Below are positions 58,529 through 64,000 of a stretch of 64,000 nt of DNA, piece after piece; the first letter of the stretch is position 1; each line of letters starts with the position of its first letter. Source of the DNA: an uncultured Candidatus Saccharibacteria bacterium (GTDB taxonomy: Bacteria > Patescibacteriota > Minisyncoccia > Phycocordibacterales > UBA6899); the NCBI GenBank assembly GCA_964515375.1, contig CAZERF010000005.1:22482-86481 (forward strand), in the 5' to 3' direction. The translations under genes were made by a program, and so were the position numbers. The notes beneath the pieces are model-generated. The model did not search any database and was not told where the DNA came from. It saw only the letters and a program-made list of their open reading frames with translations.

Positions 58529-59836
58529 TTATACACCATCTTTCTCTCCGCGTTGAGCAAGCTTGAGCCGCTTCAGATACATAAGCGTGAGGAAGGAAAG
58601 TAGTCCGACAAGCAAGACAAGTGCGATATTGAGATAAAAAGAAGAGGTGTCATCAGGAATTTCTTTTGGTAGAGGTGTAACGAAAAGCGGGTTCTCTTCG
58701 GCTTCCCCCGCTTGAGCGTTGGGGAGTTCCGCACTTTCGATATACTGCGCGTAGCGCGCAATATCGTACACAGGAGCACGCAAAGAAGAATCACCCAAAT
58801 AGAGCATGTAGGAGTCTCCGGGGCGGACAGGAAAGATCGCGGCACGGACAGGACCCGCGAGAACGACGCGAGATGTCCACTCCACCGGCGCATCATCCTC
58901 ATTAAAGACGATCACACGCACATACCGCGCCTGAGTCTCAGGGAAAGATACCCCAAGAGAAGATCCGGAAAAGAGCGGGGTCACCAAAGAAGAAACATAC
59001 CCTTCACCGAGGGGTCGCCATGTTGTTCCATCTGCCGATGATTGCACCGAAACCCGCCGATCAAAATTCCGCTCATCCTCTTCTTCGAGCAAAAGTCGAT
59101 TAATGGGAATACCCGAACCACCCATATCAACAACGATCTCGGTTGTACGAAACTGAACATTTTGAGTGATCATTGCGGAAAGAGTACGCACATCTTCCAA
59201 ACGAGAGCGAGTGCGAACCTGAGAAATACTCGCACTTGCCACGTCGATCGCATCATGATCGGCCCCTGAGATCACAACCTTTAGGTAGCGAGCTGTGCTC
59301 TGCGGATAGAAGACATCTCCGCGCGCGACACGTGTTCCGGTCCGAAGATCCGAGAGATCGAAGACATATCCGGAATCGGTCAGCATTCGCCAAGAGGGAT
59401 CAGAGAGCGTGAGGGGAACGTCGGAAGCATAAACGGATACTTGCTTCTTGAAGTTTTGAGAGGAACTTTGGATCCGGATTCTGTCATGGATCCTCCCCTC
59501 TTCTCCAACATCAAGAAGAAAGAGAGTCTGATCAAGAACACGAGAAAGATCGGAGAGTTCGACCGTTTGTTCATATCGCACATTTTCTTCACTACTGCGA
59601 ATGATCCGATATGGAACTTCCCCGCCGGAGGGATCAACAATGCGCACATCAGAAAGATCGGGGCGTGCCAAATAGGAAACCTCGTCATCAAAGATGACTC
59701 GAGCGTATCCAGGTGCGGTCACCTCAGAGGGAAGCGCGAGCTCCTTCCGATGTTCAAAACGAGAAAGATCGAGTGTGGCTGAGGCAATAAAGGGAGCGAC
59801 GGCAAACACCGCGACAATGTAGGGTAGCTTATTCAT
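58529..59836 (-). CDS. Secreted protein with C-terminal TM anchor, DUF3999-like partner of DUF2339
   Basis: Signal peptide MNKLPYIVAVFAVAPFIASA; C-terminal FYLNIALVLLVGLLSFLTLMYL. Overlaps the upstream gene end by 8 nt. Confidence 0.4.
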   Translation of the reverse strand: MNKLPYIVAVFAVAPFIASATLDLSRFEHRKELALPSEVTAPGYARVIFDDEVSYLARPDLSDVRIVDPSGGEVPYRIIRSSEENVRYEQTVELSDLSRVLDQTLFLLDVGEEGRIHDRIRIQSSSQNFKKQVSVYASDVPLTLSDPSWRMLTDSGYVFDLSDLRTGTRVARGDVFYPQSTARYLKVVISGADHDAIDVASASISQVRTRSRLEDVRTLSAMITQNVQFRTTEIVVDMGGSGIPINRLLLEEEDERNFDRRVSVQSSADGTTWRPLGEGYVSSLVTPLFSGSSLGVSFPETQARYVRVIVFNEDDAPVEWTSRVVLAGPVRAAIFPVRPGDSYMLYLGDSSLRAPVYDIARYAQYIESAELPNAQAGEAEENPLFVTPLPKEIPDDTSSFYLNIALVLLVGLLSFLTLMYLKRLKLAQRGEKDGV

Positions 59837-62141
59837 TGATGATACGATCCTTAAAGCGTAGATAAAGAAATGATGCACCGAGCGCGAACAATCCGAAAAC
59901 GATCGAGACAATGATACGTCCGAGCTCGTCCATACTCGAGAATACCTGACCGAAGATCCGAATCGCGGTGACAAAGAAGAACGCGAGCCCAAAAAGACGA
60001 AATTCGCGGCTTCTCCGAACAAAGCCCATGACTGTCACAAGGATCGAGTAGAAGATCCAGAAGAGTGAGACAGCGATCTCGCGTTGCTGCTTCAATTTCT
60101 CGACCTTTAATGATGTTTCCCTCCGTACCTCTTCAATAGTATTCACGGCAGAACTATTCCCTCTGATTTCGCCATAATATGAATACAATTCCTTTTGCGC
60201 GTTTTCTCTTTCAGAGTACGCATGGGTGATCTGTCTGTCGAAGACATACGCGAGCTCAGAAGAGAAGCTCATCACGAAAATGATGTTCGCGAGAATAAGG
60301 AGGGCGCCGGTCGCCTTCTTGACATCGATGACTCCCTCCCGCTGCATTCCACGATAAAGAAGCACGAAGGCGAGCGGGGTGAATGTCGCAATGACCAAGA
60401 AGAATGTCCCCAGATTCAAGAACGGAATCCCTCCCGCCTCAACACTCGCGCGCATTTGATCCAGATCAGAACCGAGCGCAAAAAGCGTGATGAATGAGAC
60501 AAACCACGCGAGCACCTCAAGAAACCGGGAACGATGATACAGCCCAGCCCACAACAGAGCGGGTGCAAGGAACATCCAAGGAAGGAGCTCGAGATGATCC
60601 ACGAGACGGCCAAACTCCGGAGCAAGCGCCCATGCTCCGAAAAAGAACGCGAGCATGAGCGGAAAGACAAAGAAGAGATGGGGCGATCCGGGAGTATCAT
60701 TCTCATCATAGAGACGCCGAGCGGTCCACGCGACCACCGCGAGTGCCGCCGATGAGGCAAGCATGAGGAATACGCCCATGTTAAAGAACGGCGTAACGTC
60801 ATACACGTTCCTGATTTTTTCCGCGTCGCTGATCGCACCAACAACGCCGAACGCGACAAACACACTGCCGAAGATCTGTATCACGCGGTCACGAAGACTT
60901 GCTCCGATCAGGGCGATTACCACACCTTCCGCGATCCACGCAAGAGAGATCCAATAACCGGAAAGCTGAAGTGGTATCGCGATCGCGAGAAATATACTCG
61001 CAATGCCCGGAAGAGCGAGATTGAGGTAGCGATTTCTCGAGTCAAAGGAAAACGCGAGATACGCAAGAGCAAGATGAAGGACGGAGAGCGCGAAGGAGAA
61101 GAACCCAAGAAGATGGTCCGCGCGAATATCGATCATATATGCCCCGAGCCCAAAATAAGCCGCCGCATTCAAGAGAAGAAGCAGCAGGTCGCCCGATGAG
61201 CTCTGCTCCCTCCGAACAAAATGCTGCGCGAGAGACATGGCCAAAAAGACCACGAAGAAGAGCGTCGCAAAAACAAACGCAATCCCGAACATCATGTCCG
61301 AATACTGTGTCGCGATGAAACTCCCAAAGAGCACGTACGTTCCAAAAAAGGAAAGGAAGTGCAGCGTGATCCATCTCCGGAAAAGTGCGATCAGGAAAGC
61401 ACCGATATCGAGAACAAGAAGGTAGGTGGAGAGGACGACAATATCGCCACTACCATTGGAGAGGAGCAGCGGCGTCAGAAAACCTCCTGCAAAAGAGAAG
61501 AGTGCCAATCGAACACGTGACCCCGCGAGCGCAAGCACGATCCCAAAGAGTGTCACAAGTATCATGAGCGGGAACGCGACCGTGCTCGTAAATAATTCAT
61601 AAAAATAATATCCCGCAAAGATGGAGAGGTACAGCACGCCGACACCGGATGAAACGACAAGATCCGAAAAATTGAGATACTTGCCCTGAAGGCGTTCTCC
61701 CACACCAACAAGCGCCAATCCAAACAAAAGCCCAAAAATGACACGCCATGTCTCGGTGATCCACCCCGAATCAACGGCATACTTGAAGAAAAAGACAAAA
61801 CCGATAAATATTGCCACGGCACCGATAATACCGAGCCAGCGAGCACCGCTCTCTTCGCTTGTTCGCACCTCTTTCTTTGCGGTCACAGGCTCAACCTCTT
61901 CAAAAGAAGACATCGGCATCGGAGCGGGGGCGGGCGGAACAAAGGAGTGTCGGTCTTGCTCAAGACGCTCGCTCTCGGACAAAGAGAAAGAAAGAGGAGG
62001 AGTCGTCTCTTCCCGAACAGACACATGGGCACGATCTTGCTGCTCAAATGTGTTCACTCTCTTTTCAAGCGCAAGCAAACGACCGTGCAGGTGCCACACA
62101 TAAAGCCCCACCGCAATAAGAATGAGTAATTCCATGATCAA
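59829..62141 (-). CDS. Large polytopic membrane protein, DUF2339-like (about 20 TM)
   Basis: N-terminal TM + coiled coil (LALEKRVNTFEQQ), then many hydrophobic helices. Confidence 0.5.
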   Translation of the reverse strand: MIMELLILIAVGLYVWHLHGRLLALEKRVNTFEQQDRAHVSVREETTPPLSFSLSESERLEQDRHSFVPPAPAPMPMSSFEEVEPVTAKKEVRTSEESGARWLGIIGAVAIFIGFVFFFKYAVDSGWITETWRVIFGLLFGLALVGVGERLQGKYLNFSDLVVSSGVGVLYLSIFAGYYFYELFTSTVAFPLMILVTLFGIVLALAGSRVRLALFSFAGGFLTPLLLSNGSGDIVVLSTYLLVLDIGAFLIALFRRWITLHFLSFFGTYVLFGSFIATQYSDMMFGIAFVFATLFFVVFLAMSLAQHFVRREQSSSGDLLLLLLNAAAYFGLGAYMIDIRADHLLGFFSFALSVLHLALAYLAFSFDSRNRYLNLALPGIASIFLAIAIPLQLSGYWISLAWIAEGVVIALIGASLRDRVIQIFGSVFVAFGVVGAISDAEKIRNVYDVTPFFNMGVFLMLASSAALAVVAWTARRLYDENDTPGSPHLFFVFPLMLAFFFGAWALAPEFGRLVDHLELLPWMFLAPALLWAGLYHRSRFLEVLAWFVSFITLFALGSDLDQMRASVEAGGIPFLNLGTFFLVIATFTPLAFVLLYRGMQREGVIDVKKATGALLILANIIFVMSFSSELAYVFDRQITHAYSERENAQKELYSYYGEIRGNSSAVNTIEEVRRETSLKVEKLKQQREIAVSLFWIFYSILVTVMGFVRRSREFRLFGLAFFFVTAIRIFGQVFSSMDELGRIIVSIVFGLFALGASFLYLRFKDRIINE

Positions 62142-62258
62142 CGGTTATTGATAGTTCCTCCATTATAGGGCATATTTCCGAACAAAAATACTTCTTCTGC
62201 ACAGGTGTGCTTTAAAAAAATGTTCCACAAAAAAGACGAGCGGGGTACAATAGGATAT

Positions 62259-62726
62259 ATGCCCACATGGACCATCTACGCGTTTCTTGCCGCCATCTCC
62301 GCAGCCCTCGTTGGGATCTTTAGCAAGATCGGGATCAAAGGAATCGACGCGACCGTCGCAACCGCGATCCGCGGAGTGACCATCGCCATCGCGATGGGCG
62401 GTGCGGCATTCTTCTTCGGAAAATGGGACACACTTGCAACCACGAGCGGAAAAGCGCTCTTCTTCATCATCCTCGCTGGACTCTTCGGCGGACTTTCTTG
62501 GTTGTGGGGATTCCTCGCGCTCCAAGGCGGCGGCGAAGCAACCGCAGTCAACGCGATCGATCGCTTGAGCATCGTCTTTATTCTCATCTTTGCCGCGCTC
62601 TTTCTCGGAGAATCATTTACCTGGCAAAAGTTCTTTGGCGTCTCACTGATCTCTCTCGGAGTTGTTCTTGTCACCATGTCGCGCGCGCAGATCGTCACGC
62701 TCATCCGATCACTCATACCGTCTTGA
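62259..62726 (+). CDS. Small 4-TM EamA/DMT-like membrane protein
   Basis: TACAAT 7 nt upstream of the ATG. About 155 aa with four hydrophobic helices. Ends TGA. Confidence 0.4.
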   Translation: MPTWTIYAFLAAISAALVGIFSKIGIKGIDATVATAIRGVTIAIAMGGAAFFFGKWDTLATTSGKALFFIILAGLFGGLSWLWGFLALQGGGEATAVNAIDRLSIVFILIFAALFLGESFTWQKFFGVSLISLGVVLVTMSRAQIVTLIRSLIPS

Positions 62727-62750
62727 TCTCACAGAGAGGACAGATGCTCC

Positions 62751-63998
62751 CTACCGTTGTCGCACTCTTCTTTCTGCAACAGAGAAATATATCCCGGCGC
62801 CGATGATCAAAAGCGCCGCGCAAAGTATCGGTGCCGATGGCGAGAATGTCGCAACCAGCACTCCGGAGACGAGAGGTGGGATGGACTGTGCCATTGCATT
62901 GACGCTTCCGTTGATACCCAAGATCTCACCCTGCACCTCGTCCGAAGCAGACCGAGAGATCGCGCCGACCATATTCGCTTGGGTCAATCCGATCGCGATC
63001 GAAAAGAAGGGCGCAACAAAGTAAAGAAACGAGACATTCGGAACAACAAGAAAAAGGAGGAGAACAACGCCGGCCATCACGAGCGAATAACGAAGCACGC
63101 GCAATTCGGAATATCGGGCCGCTACCACCCGCGTCACAAAGCCTTGAGTAAAGACGATCCAAAGACCGACAAAAGCAAAATAATTGCCGATCTGACCCTC
63201 CGAGAGACCAAACCGCGAAAGCAAGAAAAGTGCCGAAAATGTCGTATAAAAAGCAAAACCGACCTGAAAAAAGAGATTCGTAAGAAGAAGCGAGCGCAGT
63301 GAGGTGAGTCGTGTCGCGCGCGCGATATTCTGAAGCGAGCGATGCCATTCGATGACCTGTTCGCGTCGAGGACTTGGATGAGTCTCCCGAAGGAAGAAGA
63401 TCACAAAAAGTCCGTTCACAAGAGAAAGTGTCGCCGCAAACCAGAACGGGGTTGAGGCGGAGAACCACCCCACACGCGATGGGTCAGCAAAAAGTCCTCC
63501 GAGAAATGGTCCGAAGATGAATCCGAGACCGAACGCAGCCCCGATCATGCCAAAATTCTTGGCACGGTCTGCGGGTGGCGTAATATCCGCGATGGCCGCC
63601 TGCGCGACAACGATATTTCCGCCAGCGACCCCGGCCAAAAAGCGCGCGACGAACAAAAGAGGGATGTTCCCGACAAAAAGCGCAAACGCAAACAATGCAT
63701 GTCCGAGCGCGGTGCCGAAAACCCCATACGCGAGCAGATATTTCCTCCCAAACTTATCCGAAAATTGACCGATGATCGGCGCTGCGATGAACTGTCCGAT
63801 CGAATACAACGCGAGAAGTATACCGAGCAGAAGGTAACCAACGCGCTCTGACGTTTCCGGAGCAAGGAGGTAATGCGTCGATGTCGGCTCCGCGAACAGC
63901 ATCGGAATGACCGGTATCAAGATTCCCACCCCGAGCATATCGAGGAAGATCGTAAAGAAGAGTGTCGAGAGATCCCTCTTTCTGTTTTTCATCAACAC
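62751..63998 (-). CDS. MFS transporter (drug:H+ antiporter-like)
   Basis: 12 TM; FFTIFLDMLGVGILIPVIP; GQFSDKFGRK motif. Confidence 0.8.
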   Translation of the reverse strand: MLMKNRKRDLSTLFFTIFLDMLGVGILIPVIPMLFAEPTSTHYLLAPETSERVGYLLLGILLALYSIGQFIAAPIIGQFSDKFGRKYLLAYGVFGTALGHALFAFALFVGNIPLLFVARFLAGVAGGNIVVAQAAIADITPPADRAKNFGMIGAAFGLGFIFGPFLGGLFADPSRVGWFSASTPFWFAATLSLVNGLFVIFFLRETHPSPRREQVIEWHRSLQNIARATRLTSLRSLLLTNLFFQVGFAFYTTFSALFLLSRFGLSEGQIGNYFAFVGLWIVFTQGFVTRVVAARYSELRVLRYSLVMAGVVLLLFLVVPNVSFLYFVAPFFSIAIGLTQANMVGAISRSASDEVQGEILGINGSVNAMAQSIPPLVSGVLVATFSPSAPILCAALLIIGAGIYFSVAERRVRQR

Positions 63999-64000
63999 AG

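Noticed and set aside
1-64000. Possible alternative genetic code (UGA as Gly, as in Gracilibacteria/SR1), given CPR-like features and the presence of RF1.
   Set aside because: thrS (10825-10827) and the genes ending at 13362 and 62726 terminate with TGA in otherwise well-conserved frames. The standard code fits.
1-64000. CRISPR arrays, transposases, integrases.
   Set aside because: No regularly spaced direct repeats were seen. No ORF has DDE/tyrosine-recombinase motifs. The only simple repeat is the coding CCN tract.

Overview
This window is a 64 kb bacterial chromosomal segment of roughly 55-60% GC, read with the standard genetic code (thrS and a membrane-protein gene end in TGA). Most of it is core housekeeping:

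- Replication and chromosome maintenance: smc (5' part), rnc, rnhB, dnaE, gyrB.
- Translation: thrS, pheS/pheT, gatB, prfA (RF1), rpsB-tsf, rpmE, rpmF, rplY, obg.
- Glycolysis and non-oxidative pentose-phosphate genes: class I fba, pfkB-family kinase, gap, rpiB, rpe, split tkt.

Lineage guess: short PheS/PheT, split transketolase, a eukaryote-type class I aldolase, many large secreted or anchored proteins, and promoters that sit directly on start codons suggest a reduced-genome, possibly Patescibacteria-like, organism. That is inference only.

The most notable accessory feature is a low-GC island at about 38.2-42.4 kb between rpiB and gap. It contains:

- a DUF262 ('DGQQR') + HNH nuclease of the GmrSD/type IV kind;
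- an EcoRI-family N6-adenine methyltransferase broken by a +1 frameshift;
- a small XRE regulator;
- an overlapping two-gene cassette with its own promoter, encoding an SPL-like radical SAM enzyme (CX3CX2C) and a CYTH/triphosphate-tunnel protein. I cannot match this pair to any described defence system, and it is my best candidate for something new.

A second low-GC segment (16.3-20.1 kb) carries a 1120-aa Cys-pair-repeat surface protein and a Zn-ribbon membrane protein. It abuts a tRNA-Thr(UGU) whose locus is odd: a perfect 16-bp inverted repeat brackets the tRNA, and a 38-nt pseudo-copy of its 5' half lies next to it.

Other points:

- a T-box leader with terminator/antiterminator upstream of thrS;
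- a NusB-Nudix fusion with a degenerate Nudix box;
- recurring TGnTAtAAT extended -10 elements 7-10 nt from ATGs, implying leaderless transcripts;
- a 25-proline tract encoded by a CCN/GGN microsatellite;
- several hairpin terminators.

No CRISPR array, rRNA or transposase was seen.
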